Source of the DNA: Macrostomum lignano
Taxonomy: Eukaryota
NCBI GenBank assembly: GCA_002269645.1
Contig: NIVC01000302.1
Span: 630,580 to 694,579, forward strand
DNA length: 64,000 nucleotides
Direction of reading: 5' to 3'
The notes below the pieces were generated by a model. It was not told where the DNA came from, made no database searches, and saw only the letters and a list, made by a program, of their open reading frames with translations. Both the position numbers and the translations under genes were made by a program. Each line of letters opens with the position of its first letter. The first letter of the stretch is position 1. Positions 16,161-29,100 of this stretch are shown one piece after another.

Positions 16161-17766
16161 AAGGATCTATGACATTCTTTAGACAGAAACCTATGAGATT
16201 ATTCAGCCCAGTACTGCGTAGAAGCGAGACGACTCTCATTGAGTTGAATAGCTGTGAGATACAATAGACTTTATTAAATGTATTTGCATGGCTCAGTGCA
16301 AGGCTCTTAATTATCAGCCAATGCATCAGCTTAAAAATTTGAATAAATTAATTAATTAATTTTTTCTTTGATTTCAAGTTTGAAACTGCGAATTTGTTCA
16401 CTTACCCTCGAAATTAAGTAAAGCTTGAAAATAAGCAGTACAAATTGATCAGGTGCAAACGGCTAACAATGGTATAAAGAGTAGAGAAAAATCTATTAAT
16501 CAATAATTATTAAGCCAATTAAATTTCACAAACAGCTCAGACGATAAGTATTGCTGGCAACACTTGAGCTGATTACAGACCGGGCTAGATAAGAGAAAAT
16601 TATAATAATCCTGATTATAATTAACAATAATTAAAATCGACTTATTATGATATGAATCAAATGTTTAACTGGTCTTAACCACAGATACCAGAATAACTAG
16701 ATAAGCCACTAAGCACATTTGCGTGTAAGCTACTTTCTGTTCAGTAGTAAGTTAAACAGAAGCATTTTAATGTATTTTTAGACTATGCTTATATTTACTG
16801 GCTCTTAGCACCCTTAGCTTAAACCGCGCTTTTCCACACAGAACCTTTACCACCCCGCCGGGCAGCCCAATTTTTATTGCCTTTCCTAATGTACATTCCA
16901 GTGGCGCTGGCTAATGTACATTATGACTGAACCAATTAGCCAAGTTGTTTACTATTGTATTCTTCTTTGCTGCTGAACTGGAAGTAGAAAGCTGTTTTAC
17001 TAGTATTAAATGCCCCTAAGTAGTATCTTGTTATTCTGATATCTCTGGTATTAACCGAGACGCGCGAAAAACAAACGGTACAAAGTTAGAAAAAGAAGCT
17101 TGGAAATAAACAAAACGTATCTATAAACTGATTGCAAAATTTGCTGTTAAGATAAAGACAATAAACAGAGCCAATTTGAATTTGAATAGTCTAGCAAAAT
17201 ACGCATATAAGCTTGAGTGCTACTGTCAGTAGAGCGGAAGCAAATTAGCAAGCTCTTATTACGAAACGAACTTATTACGAATAATCGAAAAAACAAATCT
17301 ATTTATAAATTCTTATTTCCTACAACAGCAAAACAGATTAAAAGTGCAAAGGTCCTGGACTGGAAGCAATATTAGCTTGTTTGTAGAAATATAAACTTCA
17401 AGTACTCTTTGTGAATTATTCAATAATTTGCCAACAATTAAGAAAAAACAACACAAATATCCGATTTGTACAAACAGATTTCTGAGTTTGCGAGGGATTG
17501 TCAATTCTAGAAATGATATTGCATAGATGATTAACTGATCGGCAAATTAGTTCATCGTCAGTCAGGCCACTTGGTCAGACGCGCTGACACTCCGACATTT
17601 ATCCCATATTATTATGCATACTTAAATTAAAAATGAAAAATATATCTAGATAGAACATTGTCTATGAAATTTTCACAGCCAATAATCTAAAATATGCATA
17701 AATAATCGATAATATTAGAATTTCAAATTAATAATTTAATCAAATTAAAGAACTTCGAAAAGAAGA

Positions 17767-20700
17767 TTAGTTTGGCCAGAAAACCTGTTGATTTATTAGT
17801 TGACTGGGATGCTTGGGACTGGGGCCGCTCCAATGCTGCTGCTGTTGCTGTTGTTGCTGCTGCGGTGGCGGCCACCCGCTAGCATTCATAACCGGCGGTC
17901 GCATGGCCATGGCTGCAAAATTAATAAAACACGCTAGTATGCCTGATCGGAGATTCATAGCCAACCAATCAGAACAGAGATACACAGCCAACCAATCAGA
18001 ACAGAGATACACAGCCAACCAATCAGAACAGAGATACACAGCCAACCAATCAGAACAGAGATACACGACCAACCAATCAGAACAGAGATACACACAGCTA
18101 AACAATCACAGCAGAGATGTAGAACCAAGAAATTAAAATCATATCGAAGACTCACGCCTTGACGCAGCGTGGGCTCCATATGACGTCATCACAGCTGGTT
18201 TCACGGCGGCTGTTGGTGGTCTAACCGGCTGAGGTTGAGGCGGTGGTTGAGGCTGAGACGATGACGGAGTCTGTATTTGAGGCTGCGGCTGCTTTGGCAC
18301 CGAGACATCTGCGTAGATTTTAAAAGAGGAAATATACATTCAAGCACTGTTTCTATTGGCAGCACACACAATTAGACAAAACAGTTGTCACGTGACTGCT
18401 CTCAGCCAATAGCAACTTACGAGCGTGTGTGTGTGTGTGTGTGTGCGAATATTGCCAGTAGATTAGGGTTAGGGTTAGGGTAGCAGTCAGGCGGGGTCAG
18501 TCAGATGGGGGGCAGTCAGATGGGTAGCAGTCAGACGGGGGTCAGTCAGATGGGGATCAGTCAGATGGGGGGCAGTCGGATGGGGGCAGTCAGATGGGGG
18601 GGGGCAGTCAGATGGGGGGCAGTCAGATGGGGGGTAGTCAGATGGGGGCAGTCAGATGGGGGCAGTCAGATGGGGTCAGTCAGATGCAGTGGACCCCAAC
18701 TGCGCTAATCCTCACTGGTCATCGAGCCGGCGCTCCGGATCTTGTCAAACTCGTCGCCAAACGCCGAATCTTCTAACGGAGCCGCGGCTGGCGAAGGCGT
18801 GGCGAACAGGCCAGCATCGGCCGCCCAGCCGCTGGCGCTGCTGTTGCGATGCGCCGAGACTACACCGGACGCATCTGTGGACGAAGGAGCGTCCAAATCC
18901 ACGAGCAGGTCGGTAGGCGGGGCAGTCGCCGGCGTCGACAGCTTCTCAAGCGACACCCCGCGTTGCCGGGTCTGCCAGTCGGCGGCTGGCTGAGCCGGGT
19001 TACCGAACAGCGGCGAGGCCGAGGACGATGGGACAGCGGTCGGCGGACGGAGCATCAGCGCCGAGGTGTCGCTCACTAATCGTCGGTGTCTGATCAGCGG
19101 ATTGGCGCCGCCGACTGTCAGGAGGTCGACAGTCGGATGGTGTGGCGGCGGCTGCTGTTGCTGCGGAGGAGGCAGCGGCGGTGTTTGCAGACCGGCATTG
19201 CCGGGGCGAGGCCTCTGCCTGGCGCAGGACGGCGCTGTCGATCCGGCGGCGGGCTTCAAGGACACGGAGCTGGCGCGGGCAACGCCGACTGGTTGTAATT
19301 GCTTTGGCTGGCTCTGCAGTTGACTGGGGAGGATGGGGAAAATATGCACTTTTCTTATTCACATCTATTTTCCCTCACAGAACATCGAAATCAACATAGC
19401 ATTGTAACGCAGCTCACCTAGAACTTGGCGACTTTCTTAAGGCGGACGCCTCTCGTACTTCAGACTCAGAGGGCGGCAAAGGTAGCGAATCCAGCTGAGG
19501 AAGTTCAGCCGACTGGAATGGAGAAATTAACGCACGCAACTTGCTGCATTGCCAGGTGAAAACGGTACCTAAGGCCAAGAAAGGGTCGTTTCATAAACCC
19601 TAATTTTAACAACGTCGAAAATAAGCAATGCAGCAGATTTCACAAGACCTAAATTTCACAAGCCCTAAATTTCATAACACCTAAAAGGCATGCACAGAAT
19701 TTCAAAAGCCCTAAATTTCACAAACCCTAAATATCACAACGTCGAAAATTAAATTTGCTTCTATTTTCAGAAGCTCTAAATTTCACAAGCTCTAAATTTC
19801 ACAACGCCTAAAAGCACGTCTGAAAGATTGTATCTCCATAGTGTTTTTAGGCGTTGTGAAATTTAGTGCTTGTGAAATTTAGAGCTTGTGAAATTTAGAG
19901 CTTATGAAATTCTGTGCACAACTTTTCGACGTTGTGAAAATTAGTTCTTATGAAAAGTATGGCTTGTGAAATTTTGGGCTTGTGAAATTTAGAGCTTATG
20001 AAATTCTGTGCACAACTTTTCGACGTTGTGAAGATTAGTTCTTATGAAAAGTATGGCTTGTGAAATTTAGGGCTTGTGAAATTTAGAGCTTATGAAATTC
20101 TGTGCACAACTTTTCGACGTTGTGAAAATTAGTTCTTATGAAAAGTATGGCTTGTGAAATTTAGGGCTTGTGAAATTTAGAGCTTGTGAAATACTGTGCA
20201 CAACTTTTCGACGATGTGAAAATTAGGGTTTATGAAATTTAGAGCTTATGAAAGTTTGTGTCTTGCGACGTTGTGAAATTTAGGGCTTGTGAAAGCGACC
20301 CGCCAAGAAGCGTTTCAGAGCCGTTGCAGGTAACACAGTGTAAAATAGGAAAGAAGTGACTCTAGATGACTCTAAAACGACAAGGTGTCACCTCCCGTTG
20401 TATTACTGTCGAATTAAGTCGTCAAAAAATCACTCTTGTGCCCCAGAGCGCTAAGGTCACCAGTGAATTGTTTGAGGTGACTCTTTAGCGATTCTTGTCA
20501 GGGTAAAGTTTTCAACGGGTTGGACCATCTGTGTCATTGTCAATGATTCACATTCTGTACAGCTCGCATGATTATGAATGATTCGATTCATTTTCTCAAT
20601 ATTCTCACACAGGCAACTGGATGTTGACGCTTAGATTGACTATTCACTACTTAGTTCAACATTCACATTCCGAACGACTCGGGAACTTGCCTTTTACATT

Positions 20701-23700
20701 TAATTACGCTATTAACAGGCAAGAGACCTCAGCGCCAGAAAACACCACAATATGACAAAAGGGCCTCAGCGACAAACAATTCCCTGCGATATATGAGACC
20801 TAAGCGCAATTCCCACATTATGACAAGAGACCTCAGCGCCAGAAAACACCACATTATGACAAGAGACCTCAGGGACAAACAACACCACAATATGACAAGA
20901 GACCTCAGCGACAAACAACACCACAATATGACAAGAGACCTCAGCGCCAGAAAACACCACATTATGACAAGAGACCTCAGGGACAAACAACACCACAATA
21001 TGACAAGAGACCTCAGCGACAAACAACACCACAATATGACAAGAGACCTCAGCGCCAGAAAACACCACATTATGACAAGAGACCTCAGGGACAAACAACA
21101 CCACAATATGACAAGAGACCTCAGCGACAAACAACACCACAATATGACAAGAGACCTCAGCGCCAGAAAACACCACATTATGACAAGAGACCTCAGGGAC
21201 AAACAACACCACAATATGACAAGAGACCTCAGCGACAAACAACACCACAATATGACAAGAGACCTCAGCGCCAGAAAACACCACATTATGACAAGAGACC
21301 TCAGGGACAAACAACACCACAATATGACAAGAGACCTCAGCGACAAACAACACCACATTATGACAAGAGACCTCAGGGACAAACAACACCACAATATGAC
21401 AAGAGACCTCAGCGACAAACAACACCACAATATGACAAGAGACCTCAGCGACAAACAACACCACAATATGACAAGAGACCTCAGCGACAAACAACACCAC
21501 AATATGACAAGAGACCTCAGCGACAAACAACACCACAATATGACAAGAGACCTCAGGGACAAACAACACCACAATATGACAAGAGACCTCAGCGACAAAC
21601 AACACCACAATATGACAAGAGACCTCAGCGACAAACAACACCACATTATGACAAGAGACCTCAGCGACAAACAACACCACAATATGACAAGAGACCTCAG
21701 GGACAAACAACACCACAATATGACAGGAGACCTCAGGGACAAACAACACCACAATATGACAAGAGACCTCAGCGCTAGCAAACACCACAATATGACAAGA
21801 GACCTCAGCGCTAGCAAACACCACAATATGACAGGAGACCTCAGCGCTAGCAAACACCACAATATGACAGGAGACCTCAGCGCTAGCAAACACCACAATA
21901 TGACAGGAGACCTCAGCGCTAGCAAACACCACAATATGAAGAGGCCTGAGCACCAACCTCAGTGCCAGCCGGGATGTCGCACTGTCTCCCGGCCAGCCGG
22001 CATGCCAGACCACTCAGCTGCCGGATGTCCGGCCTGTCGCCCGGCTCCGGCCGAAGCGCGTAGCCAATGAGACGGCGTAGACCTGTCGGACGGGCCGGAC
22101 TGTCCGGCAGGCACAGCTTGGCCGAGCTGATGGCCAGCGAGCTCTCTCCGAATGGCAGGCCCAGATAGGCCAGGCGGTACAGCAGGCAGCCCAGCGCCCA
22201 GATATCGGACTTGGTATCGATAGGCAGACCAGAGTACAGGTTGATCATCTCGGGGCTGCGGTAGGACAGCGTAGTGTATTTTTTAATCTCTTCCTCTACG
22301 CGAGCGACGCCCATCGCGGAGGTTTGCAGAGGCCGCTCACTGGCGCTGCCGAAATCGCACAGCACGAAGGCGCAGTCGGGATCATCTGAAGCGGCCAGCA
22401 CGTTCTCGGCTTTCAGATCGCGGTGCTGCACAGGTGGCCGGCGGAGGTGCAGCTGCGCCACGGCGGAGCAAATATCGGCAAAGATGCGCAGCACCTGCTG
22501 ATCGGGCAGGTGACGGCCTGACTGAGCGCAACGGTTGAGCAGATCCGACAGGCTGCCTGCATGGAGAGATGGACAGGCGGCTGAGGTTAAAAAACGGGTG
22601 CTGTTTAGGTTTCATCTCCAGACATTGTAAAACGGACGTTAGATTTGAGTTCTCAGCATTGGGCTGCGGTTTATGGGATTTGGGATTCTGGCTCTTTGGG
22701 GAAATGATGTGCATTCTGGGATTCTGGTTCTTCGGGGAAATGATGTGCATTCTGGGATTCTGGTTCTTTGGGGAAATGATGTGCATTCTGGGATTCCGGC
22801 TCTTGGGAAAGGGATGTGCATTCTGGGATTCTGGTTCTTTGGGGAAATGATGTGCATTCTGGGATTCTGGTTCTTTGGGGAAGGGATTGCATTCTGGGAT
22901 TCCGGCTCTTGGGAAAGGGATGTGCATTCTGGGATTCTGGTTCTTCGGGGAAATGATGTGCATTCTGGGATTCTGGCTTTGGGCGAAGTGATGTGCATTC
23001 TGGGATTCTGGTTCTTCGGGGAAATGATGTGCATTCTGGGATTCTGGCTTTGGGCGAAGGGATGTGCATTCTGGGATTCCGGCTCTTGGCGAAGGGATGT
23101 GCATTCTGGGATTCCGGCTCTTGGCGAAGGGATGTGCATTCTGGGATTCTGGCTCTTTGGGAAATGATGTGCATTCTGGGATTCTGGTTCTTTGGGAAAT
23201 GATGTGCATTCTGGGATTCTGGTTCTTGGCGAAGGGATGTGCATTCTGGGATTCTGGTTCTTCGGGGAAATGATGTGCATTCTGGGATTCTGGCTTTGGG
23301 CGAAGGGATGTGCATTCTGGGATTCCGGCTCTTGGCGAAGGGATGTGCATTCTGGGATTCCGGCTCTTGGCGAAGGGATGTGCATTCTGGGATTCTGGTT
23401 CTTTGGGAAATGATGTGCATTCTGGGATTCTGGTTCTTGGCGAAGGGATGTGCATTCTGGGATTCTGGTTCTTGGCGAAGGGATGTGCATTCTGAGATTC
23501 GATTTCTTAGAAAGAGGACGTGGTTTCCAAGGCTCGGGTTGTAATTCTAGAGATTTCGAAATCAGGCTTTTTGAAGATGAATAGTTTAAGAATTTCTGTT
23601 CATGACTCACGCCTATAGTAGACCATGAGCAGAAGAATTTCGCGAACTCCATTGGGCAGCTGGTGCACGGCGTGGTCAACGTATCTGACCACATTTTTAT

Positions 23701-24061
23701 GCGTGATGGAGCGCTGAAAAATCAAGGATCATCAGGGGGTTAACTTTTGTTGAGATCAGGCTGAGCTGATGCAAATATCAGATACGACACAGGTAATACT
23801 CACCACCAGTGACACCTCCAGCATGCAGACTTGCATCGCCTGTTCATCGTTGACGCACATTCGCTTCAAAGCGTACACCCGACCGTCCAGCTGACTGCGC
23901 ACTCGGAACACCAAGGCAAAGCCGCCTTCGGCCAGTTTCTCTTCAACAACAACTTGGTGTCGGGACAAGCTGAACTGCCGGCCAGCGAAGCCGCCGCTGT
24001 CGCTGTCCGATGCTGAGGAGGCCGCTGGCGGGCCGCCCAGACGAGACAGGAAGCCCTTCAT
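17767..24061 (-). CDS. AAK1: Numb-associated kinase (AAK1/BMP2K-like), 7 exons: 24061-23804, 23713-23611, 22556-21958, 19512-19418, 19323-18716, 18308-18156, 17912-17767 (~653 aa)
   Basis: LAEGGFALVF, YALKRM, HKNVVRY, HRDLKAENVL, LCDFGSA and YTTLSYRSPEMINLYSG..KSDIWALGCLLY are diagnostic of NAK kinases, followed by a P/Q-rich tail. Splice phases are consistent (1962 nt in total). The exon 3 acceptor could be 22580, and the last exon is less certain. Confidence 0.88.
17959..18100. repeat. 27-bp tandem repeat x5 (AGCCAACCAATCAGAACAGAGATACAC) in kinase intron 6
   Basis: Direct tandem copies visible. Confidence 0.9.
18464..18687. repeat. (TTAGGG)3 followed by a ~15-bp GGGGGCAGTCAGAT array in kinase intron 5
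   Basis: ttagggttagggttaggg at 18464-18481, then tandem gcagtcagatgggg units. Confidence 0.85.
19583..20301. mobile_element. Foldback/Mutator-like MITE with subterminal repeat arrays
   Basis: Termini GGGTCGTTTCATAAACCCTA / TAGGGCTTGTGAAAGCGACCC are inverted. Internal AAATTTCACAAG units flip orientation at ~19830. Flanks are GCCAAGAAA / GCCAAGAAG (9-bp TSD, 8/9 match). Confidence 0.8.
20324..20500 (+). repeat. Dispersed repeat also present at 25494-25800
   Basis: gcaggtaacacag-gtaaaataggamagaagtgactctagaygactctaaaacgac is shared between the two sites. Confidence 0.65.
20722..21935. repeat. 36-bp minisatellite (ATGACAAGAGACCTCAGCGACAAACAACACCACAAT) in kinase intron 3
   Basis: ~33 copies; open in three frames, giving spurious 400-aa ORFs. 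Confidence 0.97.
22672..23495. repeat. ~30-33-bp minisatellite (GATGTGCATTCTGGGATTCTGG..) in kinase intron 2
   Basis: Tandem variants visible. Confidence 0.95.
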
Positions 24062-24174
24062 AGCTAATTAGCTAAACACCTGGTCCGCAGCCTCCCAGCG
24101 GTAATTCGAGTCTCTTAAGCATGGGACACGTTTACCATTGCGCAATAATTAATAATAATAATTGATTACACCTG

Positions 24175-24300
24175 CACTAAAGGGCAGATGTGCAACCAAC
24201 AGCTCTAAAGCAATGCGGAGAGTCAAGTGTCTTGCTTAAGAACACAATTTTTTTGCGAGTGGGGCGAGAATCGAACCCCCGACCTTTCAGTCGCCACTAA
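24175..24300 (-). mobile_element. Internally deleted copy of SINE family B
   Basis: Shares gggcagatgtgcaacc, aagcaatgc..agtcaagtgtcttgcttaagaacacaattt and gaatcgaacccccgacctt with 13690-13978, but lacks the middle. Confidence 0.6.
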
Positions 24301-24483
24301 CCTACTAGCCCCTACTAAGCTAATTGCGAAACATTACGAGTTGGCACGGTCTCGTGACCAGAGACAGAGACATGGTTAGGAATAGAAACAATAACTACAA
24401 GTCAGGGTAGCGCCTATGAACATTTATAGCTGTTGATACACAAGGAAATAAGTCTGGCATATTCTTCTCTTTCTACTCATTGG

Positions 24484-24669
24484 TAGGTATGTACACTTCA
24501 CTGTGACTGGGGCTTGGCCCTCAAGGCCGTTAATTGCACGAGCAGAGCCAACTTAGCCAAGCCGAGATTCCAATTCAGCCCCCAAATTAATGTGACTGCG
24601 AGTCTGGAATCGAACCTGGGCCGTTGGCACATCAGAGCGCCGCTCTTGACCACTAAGCTACGGCACCCC
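24484..24669 (-). mobile_element. tRNA-derived SINE, family A, copy 2
   Basis: Colinear with 8579-8764; A box TAGCTTAGTGG, B box GGTTCGATTCC. Confidence 0.8.
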
Positions 24670-26119
24670 TACCGTAGAAGGGTGGTGTACAGATAGGAAT
24701 TATATGTTGTCGGTATGAAATAGAAACTTTTAGACAAACAAATATTGGCTGGGCTCACTACAGTAGCTTAAGGGCGCTAAAAATTATAATTCTACTTATC
24801 TAAAAATTAAACAAAAGCAAATTCTGCAACACTGAACAACGTTGCCAAACGCCGAACCATAGGCTATTGCTTCTGCATCTGTATACATGTATTAAATTTT
24901 CAAGTAAATAACTAATTTCAGACAAGGCTCATCCCTCTCAATCGCTTGAGACCTATATCTGCTCAGGCGCAAGCAGCTCTAATAGTGCAATAACAGATCA
25001 ATAGTATTATCAAAGGCAAAAAAGCAACAAAAAACACACAAACAGAAAGTTAATGACGACAAATAAGATAGAAACTCCATTTAACAAACAATATTTACGG
25101 TTATAAATAGGCAGCTCTCGCATACAGTGTTGATAAAGTTTGACCAATAACCGCAAAAAAGATAGCAAAGTTTATTAATGGGGGAAGCCAAAATATGGGG
25201 CCATTGGAAAACTGTACTGCAACTCATTATTAAGGCAGCCAGCCAATCTTTCAGCTGGGTAAAACAGACGGTGCTCGGGTTGACAGCCAACGATCGCTAC
25301 AGAAGTAATATGAGACACATTGTTTCTTAGAACTTTTGACGGCTTAAGTTTTTCTTGGAAAGTACACTAGCACTTTAGTGAAATAGAACTTCATCAACTT
25401 CGAATTGTTTACTGTACTTGAAAAATTTTGTTGAAAATATGTCGCAAATCCACGTTGAAAATGGTACCTAGACCAAAAAGCATCCCAGAGTAATTGCAGG
25501 TAACACAGGTAAAATAGGACAGAAGTGACTCTAGACGACTCTAAAACGACGAGATGTTACAATACAAGTTTCCAAAAAGTCGCGTTAGATTCTATTTGAG
25601 CCGTTTTATTGTTTGCGACTGCTGACAATGCGACTTGCGACTGTCGAGTTTGAGAGTTAGTAGAACGTTAAGCGCCAACACAACGACTCTTGGACGACTC
25701 TGCAATTTACGTCATGCGCAACTCAACAGTCGCCTCTACGTCGCATTGCACGGTCGTTTGAGTCGTTAAAAAGTCACAAGAGTCGCGCTATAGATAGCGA
25801 TTCTTCAGAATTCGGAGGTGAGCCTTGGGAATCACCCGGTAGTTTCTATTGAACAGAATAGTAGTCACGTGACTGCTCTCAGCCAATAGTGACTTACACG
25901 CGTATTGCCAATAGAAACAGCCGGGTGAATCCCTAGGTTTCCCGTTAAATAAAATGCCCCGTCCTACTTCTAGCGATCATTGGTGACAAAAAGACAAAGA
26001 ATAAACACAAACATAAAAATCAAAAGCGACAGGGTCTGTTCCGGCAGCAAACAAAGTAAATTGGGCTGTTTAAATCGCCGAAAACAGAGAGTACACCAGT
26101 AGTATATAATTTCAGTAGT

Positions 26120-29100
26120 CTACCACAGGAACTTGAAGTAGACGTAAGCGAACAGCAGCAGCAGTACAATGCAAAACACGGCGTATTTGGCGTATACTGA
26201 GCGCAAATTTAAATAAGCTGCGTCGTCGCGATATTTCTTAGACAGCGAGGACAGATGGCTGGCCTTGTCGTCAAGGGCGGTCAGCGATTCGCCTCTAGCC
26301 AGCACTTCGTCCATGTTCTCAACCATGATTCGTTGAACGTCCTGCAGTTCCACGCCAATCTGGCTGAGATTTCGCGAGGCTCTGCTGTCTGTGTAGTTTT
26401 TCCTGGCCTTCTTGATGTACTGCTCAAACTCGATGAAATGATAGGGCCGGGTCACCGACTCCACCTTCGCTCCGTACTGGTTAACGAACTCAGCCTGAAT
26501 GTCGTCTAAGAAGGCGAATGCCAAGCGCTTTGAGAAGTTCTTCTCGACTAGGATCAGATAGCAGATACCGCGATCCATTAGGTAGCTGGACAGGGAGGGG
26601 GCGATCGACAGTGTAATAAGAGTGCACTCATTCCCCAATCCACTTGTTTAATAAGAGTGCACTCATTCACCAATCCACTTATTTAATAAGAGTGCACTCA
26701 TTCACCAAACCACTTGTTTAATAAGAGTGCACTCATTCACCAATCCACTTGTTTAATAAGAGTGCACTCATTCACCAATCCACTTGTTTAATAAGAGTGC
26801 ACTCATTCACCAATCCACTTATTTAATAAGAGTGCACTCATTCACCAAACCACTTGTTTAATAAGAGTGCACTCATTCACCAATCCACTTGTTTAATAAG
26901 AGTGCACTCATTCACCAATCCACTTGTTTAATAAGAGTGCACTCATTCACCAATCCACTTGTTTAATAAGAGTGCACTCATTCACCAATCCACTTATTTA
27001 ATAAGAGTGCACTCATTCACCAATCCACTTATTTAATAAGAGTGCACTCATTCACCAATCCACTTGTTTAATAAGAGTGCACTCATTCACCAATCCACTT
27101 ATTTAATAAGAGTGCACTCATTCACCAATCCACTTATTTAATAAGAGTGCACTCATTCACCAACCCACTTGTTTAATAAGAGTGCACTCATTCATCAACC
27201 CACTTGTTTAATAAGAGTGCACTCATTCACCAACCCACTTGTTTAATAAGAGTGCACTCATTCACCAATCCACTTGTTTAATAAGAGTGCACTCATTCAC
27301 CAATCCACTTGTTTAATAAGAGTGCACTCATTCACCAATCCACTTATTTAATAAGAGTGCACTCATTCACCAAACCACTTGTTTAATAAGAGTGCACTCA
27401 TTCACCAATCCACTTGTTTAATAAGAGTGCACTCATTCACCAATCCACTTGTTTAATAAGAGTGCACTCATTCATCAACCCACTTGTTTAATAAGAGTGC
27501 ACTCATTCACCAATCCACTCGTTAAATGAGATTGCGCCCAATCAACAACCGGCTAATTTGACTATTTACGTATTCTCCAGTCAATTAGCTCAACAATTTA
27601 TTTATTCACCCACTTGACCAACATATTTCAGGCATAAAGAATCTGACATTCCCGATTATTTTTGTTTGATAATCGTGATTAAAATCGAGCATAAGCATAA
27701 TCATAACCGCCAAAAGCGCTGAACTCACTGAAATATATAAGGCCCAGATTCCAGGCTGCATCGGGAAGGCGAGGAGACATTGAGCCTGCGAAACAGCTGT
27801 TTAGCCTTGCTCTGGTACTCCTGCAGATTAGGTGCCCTCTAAAAAAGATAAAAGTACAATACTGTAAACAGGCTGTTAGCAGTTCCGCCGTAGCTACGGA
27901 TATAGCTACGGAGGTTTTTAGACAGACATTACAGATACGGGTATAGTTATAGGAACATACATTTCCCATATCTAGTTCCGGTATCTAGGGCACTCAATAA
28001 CTTAATTTCAGAAATGAATAAATGTTGCCCAGCTTCAAAGCTTTTGTGAGGGGAGTTCTCAAGTCTCTCGGGTTGAGGATTCAAGCAAAGATTTTCGACG
28101 CCACAATGCCCATTGTGTGGTAAGAATGGTAGGGAAGGGACTAATTTTAAGTTGAAAATTTTCATTTTTAATATGAGCAGAGCTCTTAAGTCCCTGGGGT
28201 TGGGGACTCAAGCAACAGAGATGTTTGACACCACATGTATGTATATTGTGGTTGGGATGGTAGGGGCTAAAGTTAGGATGAATGTTTTTACTTTCAATGC
28301 AAGGCAGCTCTTAAGTCCCTAGAGTTGAAGATTCAAGCAATAGACTTTGACAACATATGCATACTGTGGTTGGGATAGTAGGGGCTAAAGTTACAATGAA
28401 TGAAGCCAATGAGGAAGCTGCCTAGCATTTGCCACCATCAAAGAAAGCAAGACTGCAAACAATTCTTCAGGAGGCTTTTGCTGCCAAATCTTCTTAGGAA
28501 CCAACTGACAAGCAGGCCATTGCTCTCAAAGAATATATTGGTAAGCATTGGAGATTTTGTTACTTTATTTACTTGAACATTAGGTGAAGAGATCTAAGAG
28601 GGGAGAGGGGCAAGAGAGGAAAGAGGAAAGAAAAGAAGGGGGGAAGAGAATAAGGGGGAAAGAGAAAGAAAAAAGACAACAGTCAAAAATGTGATTAAGT
28701 TGATAGGAATTGATTGAGACAAATGCATTTGGCACAATCTGCAGAATACTATTCATAGCTGCATTCTTGTAATTATAAAAGCCTATTTAATGAATAGCAC
28801 CAAAGGCTCATTTATAGGATTTGATATATAGTATGGACTATTTATTAAGTAATAAACCATAAGGCTAACAAATTTTAAATGAGTACTGATTGTTACTCAA
28901 AAGAAATTATTCATTTAAATATAATAAAATTTAATATATAAAAAATGTTTGAGTTTTATATTTAGTGCCTATATAATTAGTATAATTAATATATTAACAA
29001 CACATTACTTAACTAAGAAACTTGTGAATTCTGAGTTGTAACTAATGGCTCTTACTATCAATTATTATTTTAAATTGTTAATAAGCAAACTAAGATACCT

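Noticed and set aside
18464-18481. (TTAGGG)3 as a telomere or fusion site
   Set aside because: Only three units, inside an intron; compatible with a repeat fragment.
20729-22070. Three 400-aa ORFs over the 36-bp array
   Set aside because: A consequence of a stop-free unit whose length is a multiple of 3; they lie in a kinase intron whose flanking exons join in phase.
26615-27525. 35-bp palindromic repeats resembling a CRISPR array
   Set aside because: Units are directly adjacent with no unique spacers, there are no cas genes, and the array is in a eukaryotic intron.
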